Shown piece by piece: positions 9,558 to 18,259 of a stretch of DNA of 64,000 nt. A program made the translations under genes and the position numbers. Every line of letters starts with the position of its first letter. The first letter of the stretch is position 1. Under the pieces are notes generated by a model that did not search any database, had not been told where the DNA came from, and was given only the letters and a program-made list of their open reading frames with translations. Source of the stretch: a bacterium (lineage in GTDB: Bacteria > Hydrothermota > Tepidihabitantia > Tepidihabitantales > Tepidihabitantaceae); the NCBI GenBank assembly GCA_046485285.1, contig JAWOHE010000021.1, forward strand, positions 994 to 64,993, read 5' to 3'.

Positions 9558-10582
9558 CGGCCCGCCTCCCCGGGCTCGGCCTGCCGGGTGTCCTCGCCCA
9601 GCGACACCCCGGTCTCGTGCAGGAAGACATCCTCGAGGGTCGGCTGTTTCACGTCCACGCCGAGGAGCCGGCTCTGCGGCCGCAAGAGCTCGAGTATCTC
9701 CGCCAGCACCGCCTCGACGTCGGGCGCGACGACCCGGACCGTCGTCACCCCTTCGGCGCAGTTCGCCGCGACCTTCTCGACCCCGGCCAGCGCCCGGATG
9801 CCGTCGGTCTCGGGCTGACCCTGGCAGCGGACCTCGAGCACGTCCTTGTGCGGGATGTCGCGCTTGTACTGGGCCGGCGTCTTGACGTTGACGATCCGGC
9901 CCCGGTTGATGAAAGCGATCCGGTTGCAGAGCTCGTCGGCCTCGTCCATGTAGTGGGTCGTCAGCAGTATCGTCTTGCCGCGGCGCTCGTTGAGCTCCTC
10001 CCTGATGAACTTCCGCATGAACCGGGCGAACTGCGGGTCGAGCCCGATCGTCGGCTCGTCGAGCAACAGCAGCTCGGGGTCGTGGACCATCGCCCGGGCG
10101 AGCGAGAGCTTCTGCTTCATCCCGGACGAGTAGCGCTCGACCCGCTCGCGCTCGACCTCCTTCAGCCCGAGCAGCTCGATCAGGTAGTCGATCCGCTTCT
10201 CCTTCTCCCGGCCGGCGAGCCCGTAGAGCGCGGCGAAGAACTCAAGATTCGCCCGCGCGGTCAGCTTCCAGTACAGCGTCCGCTCGCCCGAGGTCAGCAG
10301 CCCCGTCCGCTGGCGGCACCACTGCGACTCCCGGAACACGTCCCGGCCCAAAACCCGGATCTCGCCCTCGTCCGGTATCAGCAGGGTCGCGACGCACCGG
10401 ACCAGCGTCGTCTTGCCCGCGCCGTTCGGCCCGAGCAGGCCGAAAAGCTCGCCGCGCCGGACCGCCAGGCTCGCGCCATTCACCGCCCGGGTCACCTTCT
10501 TCTTCAGCCCCCGGCCGCGCCGGAAGTTCTTCACCACGTCCCGGACCGCCAGCGCCGCGCCGGCCTCGCTATCGTTGTTCAT
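9554..10582 (-). CDS. ABC transporter ATP-binding protein
   Basis: Starts MNNDSEAG at ATG 10582. Walker A GPNGAGKTT, signature SSGMKQKLSLA, Walker B LLLLDEPTIGLD. The longer ORF 9554..10846 overlaps the upstream GT4 gene and is rejected. Confidence 0.88.
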   Translation of the reverse strand: MNNDSEAGAALAVRDVVKNFRRGRGLKKKVTRAVNGASLAVRRGELFGLLGPNGAGKTTLVRCVATLLIPDEGEIRVLGRDVFRESQWCRQRTGLLTSGERTLYWKLTARANLEFFAALYGLAGREKEKRIDYLIELLGLKEVERERVERYSSGMKQKLSLARAMVHDPELLLLDEPTIGLDPQFARFMRKFIREELNERRGKTILLTTHYMDEADELCNRIAFINRGRIVNVKTPAQYKRDIPHKDVLEVRCQGQPETDGIRALAGVEKVAANCAEGVTTVRVVAPDVEAVLAEILELLRPQSRLLGVDVKQPTLEDVFLHETGVSLGEDTRQAEPGEAGR

Positions 10583-11699
10583 CTGTATCCTGTCTTCCCT
10601 CGCGCACCGCCTGCTCGAGCGCGGCCTCGGTCGCGTCGGCCGCCGCCTCCCACGTCCACTGCCGCGCCCAGTCAATCGCCTGCCGCCCGAGCCGCCCGCG
10701 CAGCTCGCCGTCGGCCAGCAACCGGCCGATCTTCCCGGCCAGGTCGGCGACGTCGCCGTATTGGTAGAACAGGCCGTTGACCCCGTCCCGCGACGAATCG
10801 ACCAGCCCGGGCGAGTCGGCGACCACCACCGGCATCCCGCAGGCATTGGCCTCCATCACGATCAGCCCCCAGCCCTCCTTCACCGAGTTCTCGACCAGCA
10901 CCGCCCCGCGCCGGTACCAGCCGACCTTCTCCTCCTCGCTCACGAATCCGGCGAAAGTCACCCGCTCGCGCAGGCCGAGCTCGTCGGTCAGCTTTTCGAG
11001 CCGCGGCCGGTCGTCGCCGGTTCCGATGACGACGACGCGGAAATCGCGGCCCCGGTCGGCGAGCAGCCGGGCGGCCCGGAGCAGGTGGTCGGTCGCCTTG
11101 TACTTCTTCAGCCGGCCGACGTGGAGCAGGACCTGCTCGCGCCGGACCGATTCGTCCGGCCTGAACCGCTCGAAATCCGTGCCCGGCGGCACGACCGCGA
11201 CCCGCTCCGGCCGGATCCCGAGCCTAACCACGTCCCGCTTCGAGCTCTCCGACAGCACCGTGAACCGTGAACCCTTGTACGCCCACGGTATCGCGCTCTC
11301 CGCCAGCCAGACGTAGGCCGCGAGCGGGAACAGCGCCTCGCGGAAGATGCTCCCCCGGAACAGGTGCATCAATATCGCCAGCACCGGCCGGTCGGTGAAC
11401 CGGGGCGAGTAGAACGGCACCTTGTTCAGGTCGTCAACAACCACGTCACAGCCGGTCTCGGCCGCGAGCCGGCCGAGGTTCCGCATCACCGCGAAATTGA
11501 AGGTCAGCGCGCCGCCCAGCCGCCGCACCCGCACGCCGTCGAGCATCTCCTCCTCCGCCGACCCGGGGAAGCGCTCGGCGAGCTGGACGACCTCGTGCCC
11601 GCGCGCGGCAAGCCGGCGGAAAATCTCCTGGAAGTAGATTTCCGCGCCGCCCGCGAGCGGGTTTCGGACACAGCGCCAGTTGACGGCAAGCACCTTCAC
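10569..11699 (-). CDS. Glycosyltransferase family 4 (GT-B, group 1)
   Basis: VKVLAVNWRCVRNPLAGGAEIYFQEIFRRLAARGHEV at the N-terminus, and GWGLIVMEANACGMPVVVADSPGLVDSSRDGVNGLFY in the C-terminal catalytic region. GTG 11699 is preferred as the start; TTG 11735 is possible. Confidence 0.8.
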   Translation of the reverse strand: MKVLAVNWRCVRNPLAGGAEIYFQEIFRRLAARGHEVVQLAERFPGSAEEEMLDGVRVRRLGGALTFNFAVMRNLGRLAAETGCDVVVDDLNKVPFYSPRFTDRPVLAILMHLFRGSIFREALFPLAAYVWLAESAIPWAYKGSRFTVLSESSKRDVVRLGIRPERVAVVPPGTDFERFRPDESVRREQVLLHVGRLKKYKATDHLLRAARLLADRGRDFRVVVIGTGDDRPRLEKLTDELGLRERVTFAGFVSEEEKVGWYRRGAVLVENSVKEGWGLIVMEANACGMPVVVADSPGLVDSSRDGVNGLFYQYGDVADLAGKIGRLLADGELRGRLGRQAIDWARQWTWEAAADATEAALEQAVREGRQDTDEQR

Positions 11700-11753
11700 G
11701 CCGGTCAGTCTATTGACGGTTCCGATGCCGGTCAACCTCGACGCGGCTCTCGT

Positions 11754-11781
11754 TTGACCGGCCCGGTTGCCGCCCTATACT
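11754..11781 (+). promoter_or_regulatory. Sigma70-type promoter abutting a start codon (leaderless candidate)
   Basis: TTGACC (11754-11759), 16-nt spacer, TATACT (11776-11781), then 6 nt to ATG 11788. Confidence 0.6.
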
Positions 11782-11787
11782 GACCCC

Positions 11788-12423
11788 ATGCCCGGCGTCA
11801 AGCTTGACCCGGCCCGCAGCCTGCTCGCCCCGCTCTCCGCGGACGAGCTCGCCCTGCTCGCCCGCCGCGCCCGGGTCGGCCCCGCGCCGCGCCGGGCCGC
11901 GCTCGTCGACGCCATCACCGCCCGGCTCGACACCGACGGCATCGTCGACCACCTGCTCCGGCTCTTCCCCAAGCGCCGCGCCCCGCAAGCCGGGCCGGCG
12001 CCGGACCGGCTCGACCGCACGCCGCGCCGGCACGGCGAGGCCACCGTCCAGGTCTCCGCCCGCACCGACCCGTCGCTCGGCCGGCTGATGATCGAGACCG
12101 GCGACCGCTGCCGCCAGCTACGCCTGCCCGCGGTCCAGCTCTTCCTCGAGAACCGCTGGCCGGTCATCGCGCTCGACGCCGGCACGGTCCCGGCCGCCCG
12201 GCTCTTCGCTGGCTTCCTCGCCCGGGGCCGGGTCCACCGCGCCGCCGGGATGCCGCCGGCCCGGAACCGGCCCTTCATCCTCGACGAAGGTAACTACGGC
12301 CTGCGCAGCGGCCGGCTCCGGCTCGAACTCAAGCGCGCCGGCCCGCTCTCGTTCCGGGTCCGGCTCCTGCGCTGGTCCCCGCGCACCGGCCGGCCGGAAT
12401 ACCTCCTGCTCCCCATCGCCTGA
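11788..12423 (+). CDS. Hypothetical protein
   Basis: 211 codons with host-like codon bias. The start is chosen at ATG 11788 because of the abutting promoter. No family recognised. Confidence 0.5.
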   Translation: MPGVKLDPARSLLAPLSADELALLARRARVGPAPRRAALVDAITARLDTDGIVDHLLRLFPKRRAPQAGPAPDRLDRTPRRHGEATVQVSARTDPSLGRLMIETGDRCRQLRLPAVQLFLENRWPVIALDAGTVPAARLFAGFLARGRVHRAAGMPPARNRPFILDEGNYGLRSGRLRLELKRAGPLSFRVRLLRWSPRTGRPEYLLLPIA

Positions 12424-12765
12424 GCCGCAGCGACCCTGCCGGTCCGACATCCTGAACCACGACCGGTAAGTCCAAGAAGCGGAGAGTGCGCCTGAGTCCG
12501 GTTCAGGCACCCTGTCACCAACCACATTCCCCTGGCGGCCCCGGTAGCCGCCCCGGGGACGGGGGAGGGGGAAATCCGGACGGGTGACAAGCAGTGTGGA
12601 GTGATGAGGTTATGGCGACCGGCGGCAGATGTGGGCGTTTAGCTTATCCAAGCGCGCCCTTCGGAAATTCGGCCGCAGTCCCGGTGTCGGCAGGCAGGGC
12701 CGGGCGAGGATAACCGGGCTGGAGAGCGCGCAGAGTGCGACAAGAGTGTGTCAAGCTATGTACTG

Positions 12766-15171
12766 CTATCTCCTTGCCAGCTCGGCCTTGAGCGCCTCGA
12801 GCTCGGCGCGCATCTCGCGGTTCTGCTCATACAGCGCCTGGATGGCCGCGAGGGTGACACCGTCCATGTCGGCCATGTTGATGCTGGTGTTGTTCTCGCC
12901 GTAACCGAACGCGGCCGAGAAGTCCTGCGCCACTGGCCCGATGTGCCGGGTGCCGTCCTCCTGGTCTTTCATCCGGTACTCGCGCACCCGCAGGGCCGTG
13001 ACCTTCTCGAGCAGTTCCTTTCGGTCGACCGCCCGGAAATCGGTCTTGGTCACCGAGTCGCAGGCCGAGGCCCACGCGTTGGAGCCCGCGGCAAGATACG
13101 CCCCGGTCGTCATCCCGGCGTTCGAGAAGAACCAGGTCCCGCCCCGGGCCCGGACCCGGAACTGGTTTGCGCCGGTGGAATACACGCTCTCACTGGTTGC
13201 GGTCGACGAATCGCTCCAGACAAACGACCCTTGGTGGTTGGCGCGGGCCCGACGACCTGCCGCGAAGGTGTGACTGCCCCGGGCATGGTTGAATTGGCCG
13301 CCGGGAATCGCGGCGTAGCTTCCGGTGGCGATGTTGTTGGCACCACCAGCCACGGTTCCAGCTTCTCCGACGGCATGGTTCCCTGAGCCACCTGCGACAG
13401 ACGCCACGAGGCCGCTTGCGAGGTTAGCGTACCCGCCGGCAACCGTGGCGTAGTTGTTGCTTGCCTCATTAACCACTCCGCCGCCGACAGCCGCGTAGTC
13501 GCCGCTTGCGATGTTCGAGGCGCCGCCCGCGATCGTCCCACCCATTCCCGACGCCGTATGGTTCCGTCCGCCGCCGACCGTGGCGAACATCGCGGTCGCC
13601 GCGTTGTTCTGGCCGCCGGCGACGGTCGCGGCAGTGTCGCCCGCCGCGTTGCCCGCTGAGTTCCGGTATCCGCCGCCGACGAATGCCCGTCTGCCTCGCG
13701 CTCCGTTGCCCCACCCGCCCGAAATCGCAGCCGAGACGGCCGACGCCTCATTGCTGGCTCCGCCGCCGACCGTGGCGTTGTCGGCGCTGGCGTGATTCGA
13801 GCTACCGCCGCCGACCGCGGCGCTCTGGCCGCTCACCTCGTTGTCGTTTCCGCCTGCGATTGTGGCATAGACACCGCCGGCTACGTTGCGGATGCCGCCG
13901 CCGACCGTGGCCGCAAGAGCGCTGGCGGCGTTGTACTGCCCGCCGACCACAACGGCGGCGTTTGCGGTTGCCTTGTTGCGATACCCGCCGCCGACAAAGG
14001 CGTACCAGTCCGACGCTGTGTCGCACTGCCCGCCGCCGACCGTGGCCGCAAGAGCGCTGGCGGCGTTGTACTGCCCGCCGCCGACAAAGGCGTACTCTGC
14101 GATCGCAAGGTTGCCGTAACCCCCGGTAACGGTCGCGCCGGTATCTGCGACCGCATCGCCGGCCGTGTTTCGCAGGCCACCGCCGATGGCCGCATAGAGG
14201 CCGTAGGCCTCGTTGTCCGAGCCGCCGACAACCGAGGACCTGCCGCCGCTGGCGTGGTTCGACGCACCGCCGCCGACAAACGAGTAGCCGCCGGCCGCGC
14301 GGTTCTCACCACCGCCGCCAATGTGCGAGTAGATGCTGGAGGCGCTATTGTCTGCACCGCCCGAAACCGACGAGTAGTTCGCCGATGCGACGTTGCCCTC
14401 GCCCGCGACAAACGCCGCGGTGCCGGCATTCGAGTTGCCCGGCCCTATGCGTCCCTTGCCGTACACCCGCAGGTCGGTCGTCACCGCGAAACTGCCCGGC
14501 ACCGAGTCCGGTACCGTGCCACCGCCACCAATGCTGTCGTTCCTAGGCGCCCAGGCCGTGCCGGTCCATTTCAGCACCTGCCCGGTCCCCGCGCCCATCT
14601 GGTTCAGGTCCGACGCGACAATCGTGCCGTTGATTATCATCGCCGAGGTCACCGAGCTCGCCTGCCCGGTCCGGACAAACCCCGTCGTGTCCTTGCCCTG
14701 CAACAGGTCCGCGCTCGCCGCCCGCTCGGAAAGGTAGGCATAGCCGGCTGATGCTATCCGCAACCGCGGCACGAGCTCTGCCCCGCCCTCAATCGCCATC
14801 GTGAGATACGCCGCGCCCGCGTCCGGCATCGAGCCAATCGGCGTCACCGACCCGAGCAGGACCGCGAACAGCCCATCCTCCGTCGTCACGCTCCGCGTCT
14901 CGTTCCAGAACGCGCTCCCGCCCGAAGGCAGGGTGTAGAGCCGGAACACCACCGAGTAGCTGCCGTTGGGCACCGGCACGCCGAGCGTGTCGGTCAGCCT
15001 GCCCTGGTAGGACAGGAACCGCGGTATCGTAATGGCGTCGAGGTTGTCCGAGCCTGGCGCCTGTCGGTTGTCGCTTTTGGTCTGGTGAATGCCGATTTGC
15101 GGCAATACCGCGTCGTCCGCGGCAGATGCCGCCAGGCACAGGACTGCGAGCAGGACTGTCGTCCTACACAT
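12766..15171 (-). CDS. Secreted repeat adhesin-like protein with C-terminal tail-fibre / peptidase S74 intramolecular-chaperone domain
   Basis: Start ATG 15171 follows GGAGGAGAAG. Signal peptide MCRTTVLLAVLCLAASA. N-domain ISYQGRLTD-type (FLSYQGRLTDTLGVPVPNGSYSVVFRLY). About 400 aa of GGxxNxAxGxxxxVxGG head-like repeats. The C-terminus TDFRAVDRKELLEKVTALRVREYRMKD...GPVAQDF...DGVTLAAIQALYEQNREMRAELEALKAEL matches the S74 chaperone domain of phage tail spikes. The 121-codon N-terminal extension of ORF 12766..15534 is rejected. Confidence 0.8.
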   Translation of the reverse strand: MCRTTVLLAVLCLAASAADDAVLPQIGIHQTKSDNRQAPGSDNLDAITIPRFLSYQGRLTDTLGVPVPNGSYSVVFRLYTLPSGGSAFWNETRSVTTEDGLFAVLLGSVTPIGSMPDAGAAYLTMAIEGGAELVPRLRIASAGYAYLSERAASADLLQGKDTTGFVRTGQASSVTSAMIINGTIVASDLNQMGAGTGQVLKWTGTAWAPRNDSIGGGGTVPDSVPGSFAVTTDLRVYGKGRIGPGNSNAGTAAFVAGEGNVASANYSSVSGGADNSASSIYSHIGGGGENRAAGGYSFVGGGASNHASGGRSSVVGGSDNEAYGLYAAIGGGLRNTAGDAVADTGATVTGGYGNLAIAEYAFVGGGQYNAASALAATVGGGQCDTASDWYAFVGGGYRNKATANAAVVVGGQYNAASALAATVGGGIRNVAGGVYATIAGGNDNEVSGQSAAVGGGSSNHASADNATVGGGASNEASAVSAAISGGWGNGARGRRAFVGGGYRNSAGNAAGDTAATVAGGQNNAATAMFATVGGGRNHTASGMGGTIAGGASNIASGDYAAVGGGVVNEASNNYATVAGGYANLASGLVASVAGGSGNHAVGEAGTVAGGANNIATGSYAAIPGGQFNHARGSHTFAAGRRARANHQGSFVWSDSSTATSESVYSTGANQFRVRARGGTWFFSNAGMTTGAYLAAGSNAWASACDSVTKTDFRAVDRKELLEKVTALRVREYRMKDQEDGTRHIGPVAQDFSAAFGYGENNTSINMADMDGVTLAAIQALYEQNREMRAELEALKAELARR

Positions 15172-15599
15172 CTTCTCCTCCTTACTCCTCTGTGAACCTG
15201 CCCCCAAGCTCGGGCGGGCGCGTGCTATGTGACCTATGCCGCGCGGCCGCGCCCGGAGAGTCCGGTAACTCCCCGTCTTCGCGTCTCCATTGCCGCGAAA
15301 TCCCTGTCCGAGGGTGGGATGTAACAGGTTGAGGATAGATGCGGGTCGCCCGGCTGTCAATGGCCGGTGTCTGGGAACCGGCCAGTTGCTGCCTGAACCC
15401 GGACCCCCAGACCCTATCCCCACCAGCATCCCCGGAGCGGCCCCCGGAACCGTCCCGGGGGATATCCCCAGGTATACCCCCGGAGCGCTCCTGACTGCCT
15501 CGGACTTACAGGAAAAGTGGGTAGTGTGCGCCAATTCTGTTGGAAATCGGGGCGGGTACAGGAGGATGGCCGCGGATGCGAGCGCCCCGCGCGGCCGGT

Positions 15600-15635
15600 C
15601 GAAAGCAGCCGCCCCGTTCAGGGCCGGGGCGGCAG
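15600..15635 (-). terminator. Terminator-like hairpin after the TonB-type receptor gene
   Basis: On the minus strand: CCGCCCCG-gccctgaa-CGGGGCGG followed by CTGCTTTCG, starting about 15 nt after the stop at 15652. Confidence 0.5.
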
Positions 15636-15651
15636 AACCGCTACCCGCCGG

Positions 15652-18099
15652 CTAGAGCTCGTCCCCGCCGAAGTCGTCGTCGCCGTTGTCGTCCGACGGC
15701 TGGCGGCGACGGTCGAGCCGGAAGTCGTTGAAGTTCCAGGTCAGGCTGAACGACGCCTGGGGCCAGGCCCGGCCGAAGACATCGCGGCTGTAGAACTCGT
15801 AGCCTTCGCCGCCTGAGGTGAAGTCGTGCCGCGACTGGCCGAGCAGGTTGCGGGCCGAGAGCGCAACCGACAGCCGGCGGCCGAAGAACTGCTGGCGGAT
15901 GCCGGCGTCGGTCCGGATGAAGCCCTCAGACCGACCCTGCGAGGTCACGCTCGGGCTCTCGTAGCCGGCGTTGAACTGGAGCCGGGTGTTGGTCGGCAGG
16001 CGGAACTCGTTGCCGAGCCGGCCGCTCCAGTTGTGGCTGGAGCGCTCGCCCCGGTCGGTCTCGATCCGGTAGTCATAGGTTGTCGCGGTCAGGTTGATGG
16101 TCCACCACTTGAACGGAACGAGCTCGGACGAGAGCTCGACCCCGAGCGACCGGTCCTTGCCGACGTTGTCCATCGTGTGGAGGATAACCTCGGGCGCATA
16201 GACTGTCCGGACGCGCTCGATGAGGTCCGTCGTCGCGCGCAGGTAGGCCTCGAGCGAAACCCGGTTCGCGCCGAACGGCAGGGTCGCGCCCGCCTCGTAG
16301 GAGTTGATGCGCTCGGGCAGCAGGCTCGGATTGCCGCGCCGGACGTTCCAGGCGTCCTGCCAGACGAGGAACGGGAAGAGTTCCCAGCCCCGCGGCCGGC
16401 GAATGCGCCGGGCGTAGCTCGCCATCAGCTCGACGTTGGCCGGCAGGCGCCAGGACAGGTGGGCGGTCGGGAAGATGTCAAGCGTCCTGATCGGCGGGAC
16501 CGGGCCGGAGTCGGTCTCCATCACCCGGCGGTTGTGCTCGCCGCGCAGGCCGGCCTTGTAGCCGAGCGGGCCGAACTCCCCGGTCCAAGTCGAGTAAAGC
16601 GCGTGGACGTCGTTGACCATCCTCATCCCGTAGCTGTAATCGGGCCGGGGTATGAACCGGCCCGAGTCCGGGTCAAAGACCTCGAACGCGCTGGTCTGGC
16701 GCGGCCCGCCCAGCCCGGCCGAGTAGCCGGCTTCGAGCTTGGCGGCGGCGGCGGCGACCTCGAGCGGCAGGACGTAGTCGAGGTTAACGCCCCAGCGGTC
16801 GCCCGGCCCGGAGCTCAGCGCTTTCCAGCCGTAGGTCAGCGTGCCGGCCGTGTCGGCCAGCGTCGTCACCGCGTCGGCGTCGTGGCCGCGCCGGCTGTAC
16901 TCGACCCGCCCGCTGAGTTCGTGGGCGTCGCCGTTGGTGGCCGCCGGGCCGAACCGGTGCCGGTGTTCGAGGTTGACCGCGAGGTGGTTGCCGCCCATCG
17001 TCGAGCTGTCGGCGCTCGAGTAGCGCGCCGTGTCGGCGGCGGTGGTCCAGCGCGTGAAGTCGGTCGCGCCGCTCCTGCCGTTGCTCCGGAGCCCGAACCG
17101 GCTGCCGAGGATGGTCCGGTCCGCCGCGCTCCACTGGAGTTCGACCCCGGCTCGCGCGCCGCCGAACTGCCCGCCCCAGTTCGAGCTACCGTCCGCGAGC
17201 GACCAGGTCGTGTCCGCGCCGTCCGCGGTCCAGCCCTCGGAGCGGCGGGTCCCGGGCGACGCCCGGCGGTTGTAGTCCGCGCCGACGATGAAGCTGGCGA
17301 TGCCGGTCCGCCAGTTGAGCATCAGGTCCCCGCCGTACCGGCCCCAGAGGCCGGCGGTCGCGCTCGCCTGGCCGCTCAGGCCCTGCCGGCGCTGCTGCCT
17401 GAGGATGAGGTTGATGATGCCGGCCGCGCCCTCCGGGTCGTACTTCGCCGACGGGTTGGTGATTATCTCGACGCGCTCGAGCGAGCTCGCTGGCGTCTGC
17501 TGGAGCGCCTCGTCCGGCTCGAGCAGGGTCGGCCGGCCGTCGATCAGGACCGTGAAGTTGCCGCTCCCGCGCAGGGTGACGTTGCCCTCGACGTCGACCT
17601 TGACCGAGGGCGCGTTCTCGATGATGTCGACCGCGGTGCCGGACACCGCCGCCGCCTGCCGACCGACCTCGATGACTTTCTTGTCGATCTGGTAGGAAAA
17701 CGTCGGCCGGTCGGCGACCGAAACCGCGCCCTCGACCGCGACCGCGAGCTGGCGCAGGTCGATGCGGCCGAGGTCGAGCCGGGCCCCGGGCGCGAGCTCG
17801 ACGTCGCTCACCGTCCGCGGCCGGTAGCCGATGAACGAGACCTCGACGTGGTACCGGCCCGGCGGCAGGTTGGGAACCTCGAACCGGCCGTCGGCCCGGC
17901 TGACCGCGCCGCTGACCTGGCTCGAGTCGCGGAGCCGGTAGACCACGATATTGGCGTACTCGACCGGCTCGGAGAACTGCGAGTCGAAGACCTGGCCGGT
18001 CAGCGCGCCCGGCGCCCGGCCCGGACCGGGCTGGGCCGCCGCGGGAAGGACGAGAAAAGAGGCTGAAACCGCCAGTGCAAGTAGGGTTCGCTGACTCAT
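15652..18099 (-). CDS. TonB-dependent-receptor-like outer-membrane beta-barrel with CarboxypepD_reg domain
   Basis: Starts MSQRTLLALAVSASFLVLPAAAQ (signal peptide) at ATG 18099. CarboxypepD_reg-like GQVFDS...GRFEVPNLPPGRYHVEVSFIGYRP. Plug-like IENAPSVKVDVEGNVTLRGSGNFTVLIDGRP. A long beta-strand-rich region ends ...SFSLTWNF. Confidence 0.82.
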   Translation of the reverse strand: MSQRTLLALAVSASFLVLPAAAQPGPGRAPGALTGQVFDSQFSEPVEYANIVVYRLRDSSQVSGAVSRADGRFEVPNLPPGRYHVEVSFIGYRPRTVSDVELAPGARLDLGRIDLRQLAVAVEGAVSVADRPTFSYQIDKKVIEVGRQAAAVSGTAVDIIENAPSVKVDVEGNVTLRGSGNFTVLIDGRPTLLEPDEALQQTPASSLERVEIITNPSAKYDPEGAAGIINLILRQQRRQGLSGQASATAGLWGRYGGDLMLNWRTGIASFIVGADYNRRASPGTRRSEGWTADGADTTWSLADGSSNWGGQFGGARAGVELQWSAADRTILGSRFGLRSNGRSGATDFTRWTTAADTARYSSADSSTMGGNHLAVNLEHRHRFGPAATNGDAHELSGRVEYSRRGHDADAVTTLADTAGTLTYGWKALSSGPGDRWGVNLDYVLPLEVAAAAAKLEAGYSAGLGGPRQTSAFEVFDPDSGRFIPRPDYSYGMRMVNDVHALYSTWTGEFGPLGYKAGLRGEHNRRVMETDSGPVPPIRTLDIFPTAHLSWRLPANVELMASYARRIRRPRGWELFPFLVWQDAWNVRRGNPSLLPERINSYEAGATLPFGANRVSLEAYLRATTDLIERVRTVYAPEVILHTMDNVGKDRSLGVELSSELVPFKWWTINLTATTYDYRIETDRGERSSHNWSGRLGNEFRLPTNTRLQFNAGYESPSVTSQGRSEGFIRTDAGIRQQFFGRRLSVALSARNLLGQSRHDFTSGGEGYEFYSRDVFGRAWPQASFSLTWNFNDFRLDRRRQPSDDNGDDDFGGDEL

Positions 18100-18149
18100 G
18101 ACACCATAGACCCGGCGGCCGGCAGAACCCTGCGCCCGGCCGGTGTCGC

Positions 18150-18177
18150 TTGACAAGTCGACCGCCGGGCCTACCAT
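18150..18177 (+). promoter_or_regulatory. Sigma70-type promoter for the 18260 gene
   Basis: TTGACA (18150-18155), 16-nt spacer, TACCAT (18172-18177). The ~80-nt leader contains AAAGGAGG before ATG 18260. Confidence 0.5.
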
Positions 18178-18259
18178 TTCTGCGGACGCAGCGCAGAACC
18201 GTGACGCGCCCGCCCGTCCGCAGCGGCGGTCGCTGTCGCACGAAACCAAAGGAGGACTG

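Noticed and set aside
7852-9630. N-terminal extensions of track ORFs (7852..9630, 9554..10846, 12766..15534, 15652..18309, 20150..21331, 35446..37572, 36133..37590, 37823..39046, 41816..47320)
   Set aside because: The extended parts overlap upstream genes or are low-complexity. Internal starts with Shine-Dalgarno sites, signal peptides or ATGA/GTGA coupling give proteins that begin where homologues begin.
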